Assembly (NCBI GenBank): GCA_965223705.1
Contig: OZ245015.1
Span: 3,776,001 to 3,840,000 of the forward strand
Origin: Myxococcota bacterium
Lineage (GTDB): Bacteria; Myxococcota_A; UBA9160; UBA6930
Length of the DNA stretch: 64,000 nt
Reading direction: 5' to 3'
In this document: positions 1 to 9,747 of the stretch, piece by piece
Layout of the letters: every line of letters begins with the position of its first letter
How positions within the stretch are numbered: the stretch's first letter is position 1
Program-made: the position numbers and the translations under genes
Notes under the pieces: generated by a model
Databases searched by the model: none
The model's input: the letters and a program-made list of their open reading frames with translations, nothing else
Told to the model about the DNA's origin: nothing

Positions 1-71
1 CATTATGGGAGTAAAACCACCCAAAAATGCCGGATTGGCTCTGCTAGGCTCCGGCTCATGAGGCCACGCCC

Positions 72-1898
72 GTGAACATCCTCGGCGTCTCCGCCTACTA
101 CCACGACAGCGCAGCCTGTCTCGTGCAGGGCGGCAAGATCGTCGCGGCCGCACAGGAAGAGCGCTTTACCCGGCGCAAACACGACGCCGACTTCCCGGCG
201 CAGGCGGTGGACTATTGCCTCGAGGAAGCGGGGCTTTCTCTCGAGCAGCTCGACATGGTCGCGTTCTACGACAAGCCCCTGCTGAAATTCGACCGACTCA
301 TCGAGACCTACGTCACCCACGCGCCGCGCGGCTTCCGCATGTTCCTGAAGGGCATGCCGATCTGGCTCAAGCAGAAGCTCCACATCCCCCGAGAGCTCGA
401 CCGCGCTCTCGGGCACCGCTACGCGGGACGCTACGTGTTTCTCGAGCACCACGAATCTCACGCGGCGAGTGCGTTCTTTCCATCCCCCTTCGACGAAGCC
501 GCCGTCCTCACCTTGGACGGTGTCGGCGAATGGACCACCGGAAGCATCGCCGTCGGGCGCGGAAACCGCCTCGAAATGTTGAAAGAGCTCCGCTTCCCGC
601 ACTCCCTCGGGCTTCTCTATTCCGCATTCACGTACTTCACCGGTTTCCGGGTCAACAGCGGCGAATACAAGCTCATGGGGCTGGCGCCGTATGGCGAACC
701 CGTCTACCGCGATCTCATGTGGGACAAGCTGCTCGACGTGAAAGACGACGGTTCTTTTCGTATGGACATGTCCTACTTCGCATACACCCATCGCGACGTG
801 ATGACGTCGCCCAAAATGGACGCATTGTTCGGCGGTCCACCGCGTTCTCCGGAATCGGAGATCACCGAGCGCGAGATGAATATCGCGGCGTCGATCCAGG
901 CGGTGACCGAGGAGATCATGCTCCGGATCGCGCGCTACGCCCACAGACTGACCGGACTTCCGAACGTCGCGATGGCCGGTGGCGTCGCGCTCAATTGCGT
1001 CGGCAACGGTCGGATCTTGCGGGAAGGCCCTTTCGAGAACGTCTGGATCCAACCCGCCGCGGGCGATGCCGGCGGAGCCCTGGGCGCCGCCCTGTTCGTC
1101 CATCACCAGCTACTCGGCGAACCTCGCGCTCACACGGGGCGCGACCGGCAAGAGGGATCGCTGCTCGGACCTTCTTTCTCGAGCGCTGCGATCTGCCAGT
1201 TCCTCGACCGTGCCGGTGCGATCTACCAGATCTACGAGAACGACGAAAAGCTGATGGATCAGATCGCCGAGCTCATCGCTTCGCAACACGTCGTCGGCCA
1301 CTTCGCGGGGCGGATGGAGTTCGGCCCGCGCGCCCTCGGAGCGCGCTCGATCCTGGGTGACGCTCGTTCGACGGACATGCAATCCGTCATGAACCTGAAG
1401 ATCAAGTTTCGGGAGTCGTTCCGCCCGTTTGCGCCAGCGGTCTTGCGGGAGCACGTCGACCGATTTTTCGAGATGCGTTCGCAGGAGAACAGCCCCTACA
1501 TGCTGCTCGTCGCTCCGGTGAAAGACAGTCTTCGAAAAGCCGCCGACGAGAGCGCCACCGGCCTCGACAAGCTGCGCGTCGCGCGCTCCGACATCCCGGC
1601 TGTGACCCACGTCGACTACAGCGCGCGCGTCCAGACCGTCGATGCGGAGCAACATCCCCGGTTCCACGCAATCCTCGACGCCTTCTATCGCAAGACGGGC
1701 TGCCCGGTGGTCATCAACACCAGTTTCAACGTGCGCGGTGAACCGATCGTGAACACTCCGGAAGAGGCGTACCGCTGTTTCATGAATACGAACATGGACG
1801 CGCTCGTTCTCGAGAATTGCGTTTTGCGCAAGAGCGATCAGCCCGACGCCCACGAAATCGATCGCGACGCCTACCTGCGCGAATTCGCCCTGGACTGA
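72..1898 (+). CDS. O-carbamoyltransferase, NodU/CmcH/SxtI family
   Basis: N-terminal ILGVSAYYHDSAA, EERFTRRKH, HHESHAASAF, DGVGE, GEYKLMGLAPYG, MEFGPRALGARSILG, KFRESFRPFAP and INTSFNVRGEP motifs; GTG start. Confidence 0.95.
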   Translation: MNILGVSAYYHDSAACLVQGGKIVAAAQEERFTRRKHDADFPAQAVDYCLEEAGLSLEQLDMVAFYDKPLLKFDRLIETYVTHAPRGFRMFLKGMPIWLKQKLHIPRELDRALGHRYAGRYVFLEHHESHAASAFFPSPFDEAAVLTLDGVGEWTTGSIAVGRGNRLEMLKELRFPHSLGLLYSAFTYFTGFRVNSGEYKLMGLAPYGEPVYRDLMWDKLLDVKDDGSFRMDMSYFAYTHRDVMTSPKMDALFGGPPRSPESEITEREMNIAASIQAVTEEIMLRIARYAHRLTGLPNVAMAGGVALNCVGNGRILREGPFENVWIQPAAGDAGGALGAALFVHHQLLGEPRAHTGRDRQEGSLLGPSFSSAAICQFLDRAGAIYQIYENDEKLMDQIAELIASQHVVGHFAGRMEFGPRALGARSILGDARSTDMQSVMNLKIKFRESFRPFAPAVLREHVDRFFEMRSQENSPYMLLVAPVKDSLRKAADESATGLDKLRVARSDIPAVTHVDYSARVQTVDAEQHPRFHAILDAFYRKTGCPVVINTSFNVRGEPIVNTPEEAYRCFMNTNMDALVLENCVLRKSDQPDAHEIDRDAYLREFALD

Positions 1899-1901
1899 CC
1901 G

Positions 1902-2348
1902 ATGAGCCGACTCGTCGACATCAACTGGAATCCGAGCCCGACGATCCTTCGCCAATTCGGGCCGATCGCGCTCGTGGGCTTCTCGCTCATGGCGCTCGGG
2001 ACGTGGTTCGGAGTGCTCGCCTTCGCGTACATCCCGGAAAACGCCCGAGTCCCGACAGCAGCCGCCTTCGTGGCGATCGGCGTGTTGTGCGCCTTGTTCG
2101 GCTGGCTTTGGCCGAGTGGCAATCGGCCCATTTTCGTCGGCCTGTCGCTCTTGGCGGCGCCGATCGGCTTCGTCCTGTCCTACGTGATTCTCGGCCTGCT
2201 GTTCTATGTCATCATCGCCGGCGTAAGCGTGCTGTTGCGGCTCGTGGGAAAGGACCCGCTCGAGCGAGCGTTTCTCCCCGACGCCGAGAGCTACTGGGTC
2301 GACGCCCGGCCAGCGCGGCCGGCGGAAAGCTATTTCAAACAGTTCTGA
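1902..2348 (+). CDS. SxtJ-family small membrane protein
   Basis: About 3 TM helices, LRQFG near the N-terminus, C-terminal GKDPL...SYW...YFKQF pattern; lies directly after the carbamoyltransferase. Confidence 0.8.
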   Translation: MSRLVDINWNPSPTILRQFGPIALVGFSLMALGTWFGVLAFAYIPENARVPTAAAFVAIGVLCALFGWLWPSGNRPIFVGLSLLAAPIGFVLSYVILGLLFYVIIAGVSVLLRLVGKDPLERAFLPDAESYWVDARPARPAESYFKQF

Positions 2349-2357
2349 GGAACGGCT

Positions 2358-2564
2358 GTGAGTAAGGATCAAGACCAAAACGATTTTGCGAGTCAGGCGC
2401 GCGGCGAGGCGAAGCGCGACAGCTTGGCCAGCGAGATGCTCCAGTTCTTGCGCGAGAACCGGAAATGGTGGCTCGGGCCGATTCTCGCTTCGGTTCTCGT
2501 TCTCGGAGCGTTGGTCCTCCTGGGCGGCGGCGCGGCGGCGCCGTTCATCTACACCTTGTTCTAG
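2358..2564 (+). CDS. DUF5989/SxtK-like small membrane protein
   Basis: FLRENRKWWLGPI...APFIYTLF signature; SD-like GAGG upstream. Confidence 0.85.
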   Translation: MSKDQDQNDFASQARGEAKRDSLASEMLQFLRENRKWWLGPILASVLVLGALVLLGGGAAAPFIYTLF

Positions 2565-3652
2565 TGGCGCTGCGCCGCAAACCGAGAAGGGTTGTCCCGA
2601 AGCTCGCAGTGTTGTTCGCGACGATGGCGCTGTGCGTCGGTGCGGGCGAGCTCTTGGTTCGGGTGCTCTTCGCTGACGACATCCTGCTCTTCCCGCGTTT
2701 TCATACCGCAGCCCACTACGGCGACTTCGAAATCCGTCGTCTGCGCTCGAATGAGCGCTTTTACCACACGAGCCGTGATGGCACGTGGGCCTTCGCGACC
2801 AACGGTCAGGGGTTTCGCGACACCGACGAATACACCTACGACAAGAGTGAAAAGCTCCTGCGTGTGATCAGTCTCGGCGATTCGCACACGCAGGGCTTCG
2901 AGGTGAGGCAAAGCGCTACATATTCGGAAGTGATGGAGCGCGCACTCGTCCGTTCCGGACGCGTGAGTCAGGTGATGAACACCGGGATCTCGGGGTTCAG
3001 CACGGCGGAAGCGCTGGTCTTTCTCGAGAATGAGGGCATTCGGTACAGCCCCGACGTCGTCGTGCTCGGCCTCTTCGCGAACGATTTCGAAGACAACGTG
3101 AAAGCGGGCCTGTTCGCGCTCGAGGACGGGAAGCTCGAGACGAAAAAACGAAGTCACATTCCGGGCGTCCGAATCCTCGACGGAATCCACCGCGTCCCCG
3201 GGCTCCCCTGGCTCAGCCAGAACTCTTACCTCTACTCCCTCGCGTTCAACACCGCGTGGGAGTACGCGAAAGACCTCCTTCTCGAGAAGCGCGAAGCGGA
3301 GCTGGCGACGGAGTACGCCATCGCCGACGGAGCGCTCGACGATCACACACAGCGCCTTCTCGTGAGTCTGCTTCAGCGCATGAGGCACGTCTGTCGAGAA
3401 AACGGAGCCCTGTTCGTCATTCTCGACATCCCTCAGTTGTCCGCCGACGGTTTCTCGAGCTCGATTCCCGAAAGCCTCGAAGTCGAGATCACCGCTCTGC
3501 CTGATGCCTTCGTCTCGAGCGAGGCGGTGCTGTCGCGCTACCGGGGCATTCTCGACACCCATGTGCCAGGGGGCCAGCGCCACATCAACGAGTTCACCCA
3601 CGCGATGCTCGGCTTGGCCGCGGCCGACATCATCCGCGAACTCGTCCCTTAG
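2564..3652 (+). CDS. SGNH/GDSL hydrolase-family protein with N-terminal membrane anchor
   Basis: LGDSHTQG (block I), NTGISGFS, FANDF, C-terminal HINEFTH; GTG at 2564 overlaps the previous stop. Confidence 0.8.
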   Translation: MALRRKPRRVVPKLAVLFATMALCVGAGELLVRVLFADDILLFPRFHTAAHYGDFEIRRLRSNERFYHTSRDGTWAFATNGQGFRDTDEYTYDKSEKLLRVISLGDSHTQGFEVRQSATYSEVMERALVRSGRVSQVMNTGISGFSTAEALVFLENEGIRYSPDVVVLGLFANDFEDNVKAGLFALEDGKLETKKRSHIPGVRILDGIHRVPGLPWLSQNSYLYSLAFNTAWEYAKDLLLEKREAELATEYAIADGALDDHTQRLLVSLLQRMRHVCRENGALFVILDIPQLSADGFSSSIPESLEVEITALPDAFVSSEAVLSRYRGILDTHVPGGQRHINEFTHAMLGLAAADIIRELVP

Positions 3653-3689
3653 AGGCTCACGAAGATTTTCGCCGAGCACCCGCGCCGCG

Positions 3690-3804
3690 CGGGTCGGAGG
3701 CGAGCGGGTGGCGCGCGGAATGTGGAGGCGCCCTCGAGGCCCGACGACGCAGGGAACCCCGAGCGCCGGAACTCTGAGCACGACGCCCGCTCGCCTCCGA
3801 CCCG
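3690..3804. repeat. 19-bp perfect inverted repeat enclosing a 77-nt spacer (REP/MITE-like hairpin between convergent genes)
   Basis: CGGGTCGGAGGCGAGCGGG (3690-3708) is the reverse complement of CCCGCTCGCCTCCGACCCG (3786-3804). Confidence 0.8.
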
Positions 3805-3823
3805 GGCTACGCGCACGCGCGGC

Positions 3824-4669
3824 TTAGCGCCTCGGGTCGAGCGCGTCGCGCAGCGCATCGCCGATCAGGTTCAGGCTGAGGAGCGTCATCGCGAGAAAAC
3901 CGCTGGGGAACGCGAGCAACCACCAGCGCGACGCGATCGGATTCACCACCGACACACCTTCCGCGACGAGCTCGCCCCACGAGAGCGCGACGCCCAGCCC
4001 CAGGAACGACAGGAAGGACTCGAGCAGGATGACCGCGGGGACCGTGAGCGCGGCGTAGATCAGAACCGTGCCCATCAAGTTCGGAATGATGTGCGCGAAC
4101 AGAATCCTCGCTTCGGAAGCCCCCAACGCCCGTGCGGCTTCGACGAACTCCTTTTGTGCGAGCGACAACGCTTCGGTGCGAACGATGCGGGCGGTCGTGA
4201 GCCACTGCACCAACCCTAAGGCGATGAAGACCGGAAGGGGTTCGCCGCGCGCCGTGTCTGAAAAAAGCATCGTGATCAGAATGACGAGGAACATGTACGG
4301 AAGGCCGTACAAGAAATCGACAAGCCGCATCATGGCATCGTCGACGGCGCCACCGCGCGCTCCTGCGAAAGCGCCGTACAGCGTCCCGACGCACACCGAG
4401 ACGAGACTCGCCGCGACACCGACGAGAAGCGACGTCCGTCCCCCGACGAGCACCCGCGCCAGAACGTCGCGACCCAAAGCATCGGTTCCCATCCAGTGCG
4501 CGAGAGACGGGGGTCGGTGACGCGCGGCGAGATCCGTCGCGTGCGGGTCCAGCACGAAGAGAAGCGGCGCGACGAAACACGCGCCGGCGATTGCCGCGAA
4601 AACCGCGCAACCGAGCCGTGCCCGCGGGTCCGCCAGCGCGCGACGGCTCCCAAAGTTCCGGCGGCTCAC
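3824..4669 (-). CDS. oppC: Oligopeptide ABC transporter permease (OppC/DppC)
   Basis: HWMGTDALGRDVLAR, EFVEAARALGAS, HIIPN, ESFLSFLGLG, LIGDALRDALDPR; GTG start overlaps the oppB stop. Confidence 0.9.
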   Translation of the reverse strand: MSRRNFGSRRALADPRARLGCAVFAAIAGACFVAPLLFVLDPHATDLAARHRPPSLAHWMGTDALGRDVLARVLVGGRTSLLVGVAASLVSVCVGTLYGAFAGARGGAVDDAMMRLVDFLYGLPYMFLVILITMLFSDTARGEPLPVFIALGLVQWLTTARIVRTEALSLAQKEFVEAARALGASEARILFAHIIPNLMGTVLIYAALTVPAVILLESFLSFLGLGVALSWGELVAEGVSVVNPIASRWWLLAFPSGFLAMTLLSLNLIGDALRDALDPRR

Positions 4670-5778
4670 GACGGGGCTCGCAATCGCGGGTCCGCCCAGC
4701 GGCACACGACATCGACGCCGAGATTGAGAGTCGTCACAAGGGTTGCGTAGAAGAGCGCGGTGCCGAGCACGACGGAATAGTCCCGGTTGACGGCTCCCTT
4801 CACGAACCATTGCCCCACGCCCGGGATGCCGAAGAGGCTTTCCACCACGAAGGAGCCGGTGAGAATTCCCGCAGCGGCCGGTCCGAGAAACGAGAGGACA
4901 GGAAGCAGCGAGCCTCGCAGGGCGTGGCGGAGCACCACCGCGACTTCGGAGAGACCTTTCGCGCGTGCGGTGCGGATGTAGTCCTCGCCCATCGTGGCGA
5001 CGAGTCCGCCGCGCGCGAGTCGCGCGATAACGGCGGCGTGGGGGAGCGCGAGGGTCAGAGCGGGGAGCCAGAGGTGCGCGGGCGTTCCCCAACCCGCCAC
5101 CGGAAACCAACCGAGGCCGAGAGAGAAGAGCGCGAGTAGCGCCGCGCCGATCACGAAGTTTGGAACCGAGAGACCGAGGGTCGCCAACCCACTCGCCCCG
5201 TAGTCGGGCCAGCGCCGCGCGAATGCGCCTGCGCAGACGCCGAGCGGCAAGCCGATCGCGACGGAGAAGACGAGCGCGGCGAGACCGAGGGTCAGGCTGA
5301 CCGGGATCGCCGGTGCGAGCAGTTCGCCCACCGTCCGCCCCTCGACTTTGAGCGCTGGCCCCAGACTGCCGTCGACCACCAACGCCCGCACGTAGCGGAA
5401 GTAGAACTCTGTCGCGCTCTCGGGGATCCCGTACCGATCCCGCAGTGCCGCTTCGACGTGCGGTACGAGAACCCGCTCTGCGGCAAAGGGACTTCCCGGC
5501 GCCAAGAACATCAGCCAGGTCGTTACGAATGCGAGAAGCAGCAGGGATGGCACCAAGGACGCGATCCGGCTGGCGACCTCCGTCGAGGCCTTGCGCCAAA
5601 ACAACAGACCGAGCGCGATGCCGAGTACCCACGCCGCCACGGTCCCGATCTGCCACTGGCCGATCAGGGCAATCGCCACCGCGAGGAAGAACGAACCGAG
5701 CATCCGGCGCGCCGATTCCGGGAGCCACGACAACGCTGCGATCGCGCAGAGACCGCCGCAAGCGACCAGCGCTTCCAT
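4666..5778 (-). CDS. oppB: Oligopeptide ABC transporter permease (OppB) with extra N-terminal TM segments
   Basis: APGSPF, EDYIRTARAKGL, HALRGSLLP, VESLFGIPGVG, NRDYSVVLG, DPRLR. Confidence 0.9.
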   Translation of the reverse strand: MEALVACGGLCAIAALSWLPESARRMLGSFFLAVAIALIGQWQIGTVAAWVLGIALGLLFWRKASTEVASRIASLVPSLLLLAFVTTWLMFLAPGSPFAAERVLVPHVEAALRDRYGIPESATEFYFRYVRALVVDGSLGPALKVEGRTVGELLAPAIPVSLTLGLAALVFSVAIGLPLGVCAGAFARRWPDYGASGLATLGLSVPNFVIGAALLALFSLGLGWFPVAGWGTPAHLWLPALTLALPHAAVIARLARGGLVATMGEDYIRTARAKGLSEVAVVLRHALRGSLLPVLSFLGPAAAGILTGSFVVESLFGIPGVGQWFVKGAVNRDYSVVLGTALFYATLVTTLNLGVDVVCRWADPRLRAPS

Positions 5779-7769
5779 CACCGTCGCTTCTCCGCAAGTG
5801 AAAGGGCCCACAACGGGTGGAGGTCCTGAAGGTTCGGACCGAGCCCCCCGCCCGGAAGCTCCACCTGCGCGTAGAAGCCGCGGACTTCGGGTGCGACAAG
5901 ACCGCTCACCACGTAGAAGTAAAGCGGCATGATCGGAAACGCCTCGGCGACGAGCAGCGCTTCGGCCGCGCGAAACGAAGCCATGCGGAGTGCCTCGACG
6001 CCCGACGCCCGATCGGTTCGCAGGTCGTCCTCGATCTCGCGCCAGGCTTCGTCGTCCCCAAGCAAGCGACGCAACGCGTCCCGGTTCGCGAGGGCGCCGA
6101 CCGGATCGTTGGCTACACCAATCAAAGCGTCGTAGCGCGGGTCTCCCCAACCCGTCTGATTGTTACCCCCGCCCGTCACGAACATGTCGAGGAACGTGTT
6201 GGGATCGCGGTAATCGCCGATCCAGCCCGCACGCGCGATGTCGAAATCGCCTTGGCGCACACTGGCTAGATATGCCTGCCACTCCTGGTTGTAGGCGCGA
6301 ATCTCAATGCCCAAATGTTTGCGCCAGCTGTCCGCGACGACTTCGGCGAGCTGTTTGTGCATCTCGCTCGTGTTGAACAAGAGACCCAAGGTCGGAAAAC
6401 CCGCGCCCCCCGGATAGCCCGCCTCGGCGAGCAGCGAGCGCGCCCGCTCTGGATCGAAGGCGAGCTCGCTCGGCGGCGACGTGTAAGCCGGCATGCCCGG
6501 CGGAACGAGATGCCGCGCGGGGAGCTGCCCCAATCGGAGTACGTCGCGCACGATCGCTTCGCGGTCGACCGCGAGGGCCAGCGCGTGGCGAACGCGCGGA
6601 TCATCGAGGGGCGGCTTTCGCGTGTTGAACCGGTAGAAGTAGACGATCATCCCGGCACCGCTGTAAAAGTCGGGCCGCTCGCGGAGCTCGTCCACCAGCT
6701 CACCGGGGTACAGCGACGGAAGCCAATGCACCGCGCCGCTCAAGTAGAGGTTCAGGGCGGCGTGCGCGCTCTCCACCGGGAGCGCGTCGATCGAATCGAG
6801 CGCCGTATGTTCGCGGTTCCAGTACGTCTCGCTGCGCTCGAGCCGGATCGCTTCACCGACGCGCCACGATGCGAGGCGGAACGCACCGTTGCCGATGATG
6901 GTCTCCGGGAGATACCAGCGGTTTTCGAGCCCGGGTTGCTCGACGAGCGCTCGCTTCACAGGGAACGTCGGAAAGAACGACGTCAATTCCAGGAAGTACG
7001 GAATCGGGCGCTCGAGTTCGACGACCAAGGTACGATCGTCGCGCGCGAAGACGCCGCTGTCCTTCCCAAAGGACTCGGCGGCTTCGGCGGCCCGCGCGCG
7101 CAACCGCGCAACTTCGCTGTCGATCGCGCTCAGGATTCGGGGAACTTCGTCCGGTGAGGGCGCTCCGGTTCGGTTCGCGAGTGCGGCGAGTTCTTCATGC
7201 CGCGCCTCGCCCACGAGTTCAGCGACGCGATGCTCGGCGAGAAAACGCGCCCAGGAATCTCGGTCGGCGTCCTCGGACGCGGCGACGAGTGCCGCGCGAA
7301 GCGGTCCATCGAGGGCTTCGGCGCGGGCCGGAAACAGGTTCCAAGGCACGGCGCCCGTCAGGCCGTGAAGGATGTACGCGTATTCCGAACCGCCGTCCGG
7401 AGCCAGCAATCGTCGCCACGCGTACGCGAAATCCTCGGCGACAACGCGTGATCCGTCGGACCACCGTGCGTCCTCGCGCAGCGTAAAGACGTAGCGGCGA
7501 CCGTCGTCCGAGATCTTCCAACGGACAGCGGTGCCCGGTGCGATGCCGAGGGTCGCCGGATCCCGCGTCGTCAGCCCTTCAAAGACGGCGTTCGCGATCC
7601 GGCCCTCTGGAGCACCGGTCATGCGCCCCGGATCGAGCGTGCGCGGCTCCGTCCCATTGACGAAGCGGAAGCTCGCGGGTTCGGGACTCCCCGCAGAAAG
7701 CCCGAAAGCGACGAGCCCGGCGGCTCCGAACAGCGCCACCACCAGAGCGAGAAGCGCGCGATCGATCAC
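5778..7769 (-). CDS. oppA: Oligopeptide ABC substrate-binding protein (OppA, SBP family 5)
   Basis: GTEPRTLDPG, FEGLT, FTLREDARWSDG, GNGAFRL, DDPRVRHALALAVDR, RAGWIGDYRDPNTFLD. Confidence 0.92.
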   Translation of the reverse strand: MIDRALLALVVALFGAAGLVAFGLSAGSPEPASFRFVNGTEPRTLDPGRMTGAPEGRIANAVFEGLTTRDPATLGIAPGTAVRWKISDDGRRYVFTLREDARWSDGSRVVAEDFAYAWRRLLAPDGGSEYAYILHGLTGAVPWNLFPARAEALDGPLRAALVAASEDADRDSWARFLAEHRVAELVGEARHEELAALANRTGAPSPDEVPRILSAIDSEVARLRARAAEAAESFGKDSGVFARDDRTLVVELERPIPYFLELTSFFPTFPVKRALVEQPGLENRWYLPETIIGNGAFRLASWRVGEAIRLERSETYWNREHTALDSIDALPVESAHAALNLYLSGAVHWLPSLYPGELVDELRERPDFYSGAGMIVYFYRFNTRKPPLDDPRVRHALALAVDREAIVRDVLRLGQLPARHLVPPGMPAYTSPPSELAFDPERARSLLAEAGYPGGAGFPTLGLLFNTSEMHKQLAEVVADSWRKHLGIEIRAYNQEWQAYLASVRQGDFDIARAGWIGDYRDPNTFLDMFVTGGGNNQTGWGDPRYDALIGVANDPVGALANRDALRRLLGDDEAWREIEDDLRTDRASGVEALRMASFRAAEALLVAEAFPIMPLYFYVVSGLVAPEVRGFYAQVELPGGGLGPNLQDLHPLWALSLAEKRR

Positions 7770-7784
7770 GGGGCGCCCCCGTTG

Positions 7785-8777
7785 CTACGCACCCGGTGCG
7801 TCGTCGTACAAGTGACACGCCACGGTGGTCGCGGACGGCCCACTCCCCAAGGTGAGGGCGGGCGGCCTCACGGTTTTGCAAACGTCGCGAACGGCCGGGC
7901 AGCGTGGATGAAACGGACAACCCGCGGGCGGATCGAGCGGCGACGGGACCTCGCCGCGCAAGATGATCCGTTCGCGGGTCGCGTCCGGATTCGGGACCGG
8001 ATTGGCCGACATCAACGCCTGCGTATACGGGTGTTTCGGATCGCCGAAGAGCGCCTCGGCGGTAGCGAGCTCGACAATGCGCCCGAGGTACATCACCGCG
8101 ACGCGATCCGAGCCGTTCCGCACGACGTTCAGGTCGTGCGAGATGAACAGGTAAGCCAGCTCGAACTCTTCCTGGAGATCGTCGAGGAGATTCAAGATTT
8201 GTGCGCGGATCGATACGTCGAGCGCCGAGACCGCCTCGTCGCAAACCACCAGCCGCGGCTCGAGAGCCAGCGCCCGCGCGATTCCGATTCGCTGGCGTTG
8301 CCCGCCGGAGAACTCGTGCGGGTACCTCGAGCGATAGGAAGGTTGCAGACCGACCCGGTCCAGGATCGCGTCGACCCGCTGCTCGAGCTCTCTGCCCCGT
8401 GCGATGCCGTGTACCCGGAGCGCTTCGCCGACGATGGCGCCGACGTTCATTCGCGGGTTCAGCGAAGCGTAGGGATCCTGGAAGACGATCTGCATGTCGC
8501 GGCGAAGAACACGCATCTCTGCGGGGTCGAGGCTTCGAATGTCCACCCCGTCGAACTCGATGGTGCCGCCACTCGGCTCGATGAGACGCAGGACGCTCCG
8601 GCCGACCGTGGTCTTTCCACAACCCGATTCACCGACGAGCCCCAGCGTCTCGCCGGCGGAAAGATCGAAGCTGACGTCATCCACGGCGCGAAGCCACCGC
8701 GTCCGTCCTGAGAACGCACCCGACCGGACCGGGAACTGCTTGCTCAAGTTCTTGACGGAAAGAAGCGGTACGGCCAT
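7785..8777 (-). CDS. oppF: Oligopeptide ABC ATP-binding protein (OppF/DppF)
   Basis: [29 protein letters not shown]-terminal [11 protein letters not shown] at 8777 with GAGGG SD (alternative TTG at 8798). Confidence 0.93.
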   Translation of the reverse strand: MAVPLLSVKNLSKQFPVRSGAFSGRTRWLRAVDDVSFDLSAGETLGLVGESGCGKTTVGRSVLRLIEPSGGTIEFDGVDIRSLDPAEMRVLRRDMQIVFQDPYASLNPRMNVGAIVGEALRVHGIARGRELEQRVDAILDRVGLQPSYRSRYPHEFSGGQRQRIGIARALALEPRLVVCDEAVSALDVSIRAQILNLLDDLQEEFELAYLFISHDLNVVRNGSDRVAVMYLGRIVELATAEALFGDPKHPYTQALMSANPVPNPDATRERIILRGEVPSPLDPPAGCPFHPRCPAVRDVCKTVRPPALTLGSGPSATTVACHLYDDAPGA

Positions 8778-8790
8778 CGAATCCCTCAGC

Positions 8791-9747
8791 TCAGTCAAGC
8801 CAACAACGAACGCGGTGCCCCGATCCGCGGTCTTTGTTCTCGGGCGGCTGATCCTTGCAGTGGCTCATCGCGTCGCCGCAGCGATCCGCGAAAGCGCAGC
8901 CGCTCGGGTAGTTGAGCGGGGACGGCACCGTGCCTTCGATCGCGGCCAGGCGGCGTTTCTTGTCCGGTTGCGGCAGCGCCCCGAGAAGCGCGCGGGTATA
9001 GGGATGTTCCGGACGCTGAAAGAGGGTTCGCGTATCGCAGTGCTCCACGATCTCGCCGGCGTACATCACCATGACGCGTTCGGAAAACTGCGCGACGACG
9101 CCCAAATCGTGCGTAATCAAGAGGATCGCCATGCCGAGGTCGCGACGCAGCTCGCGGAGCAGGTCGAGAATCTGTGCTTGGATCGTCACGTCGAGGGCGG
9201 TGGTCGGCTCGTCGGCGATCAGCAGCTCGGGATCGCAGGCCAGCGCGATGGCGATCATCACGCGCTGCTTCATGCCACCGGAGAGCTCGTGCGGGTATTG
9301 ACGGACCCGACTTTTCGGAGCCGGGATACCGACGCGATCGAGGAGCGAAATCGCCTCCTTGATCGCGGCATCCCGGCCGAGCCCGCGGTGTAGCTCGAGA
9401 ACTTCCGCGATCTGATCGCCGACGCGAAAAACAGGGTTCAGGGAGCTCATCGGTTCCTGAAAGATCATCCCGATCTCGGCGCCGCGGATCGAACGCATCT
9501 CGCTCGGCGAAAGTGTCAGTAGGTCGCGACCGGAGAACTGCATCCGGTCCGCGGTGACCCGAGCGCGATCCCCGACGAGCCGCAAAATCGAGAGCGCGGT
9601 CACCGACTTCCCGGAGCCGGATTCCCCCACCAACGCGACGCTCTCTCCGCGGCCGATCGCGAGATCGACGCCGCGTACCGCCGGAACGTCGCCGTCATCC
9701 GTCGGAAAAGTCACGCGCAAATTCGACGCTTCGAACAACACGCTCAT
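8791..9747 (-). CDS. oppD: Oligopeptide ABC ATP-binding protein (OppD/DppD)
   Basis: [51 protein letters not shown]. Confidence 0.93.
   Translation of the reverse strand: MSVLFEASNLRVTFPTDDGDVPAVRGVDLAIGRGESVALVGESGSGKSVTALSILRLVGDRARVTADRMQFSGRDLLTLSPSEMRSIRGAEIGMIFQEPMSSLNPVFRVGDQIAEVLELHRGLGRDAAIKEAISLLDRVGIPAPKSRVRQYPHELSGGMKQRVMIAIALACDPELLIADEPTTALDVTIQAQILDLLRELRRDLGMAILLITHDLGVVAQFSERVMVMYAGEIVEHCDTRTLFQRPEHPYTRALLGALPQPDKKRRLAAIEGTVPSPLNYPSGCAFADRCGDAMSHCKDQPPENKDRGSGHRVRCWLD

Noticed and set aside
72..3652. Saxitoxin biosynthesis cluster
   Set aside because: No sxtA, sxtG, sxtB or other core genes are in the window.
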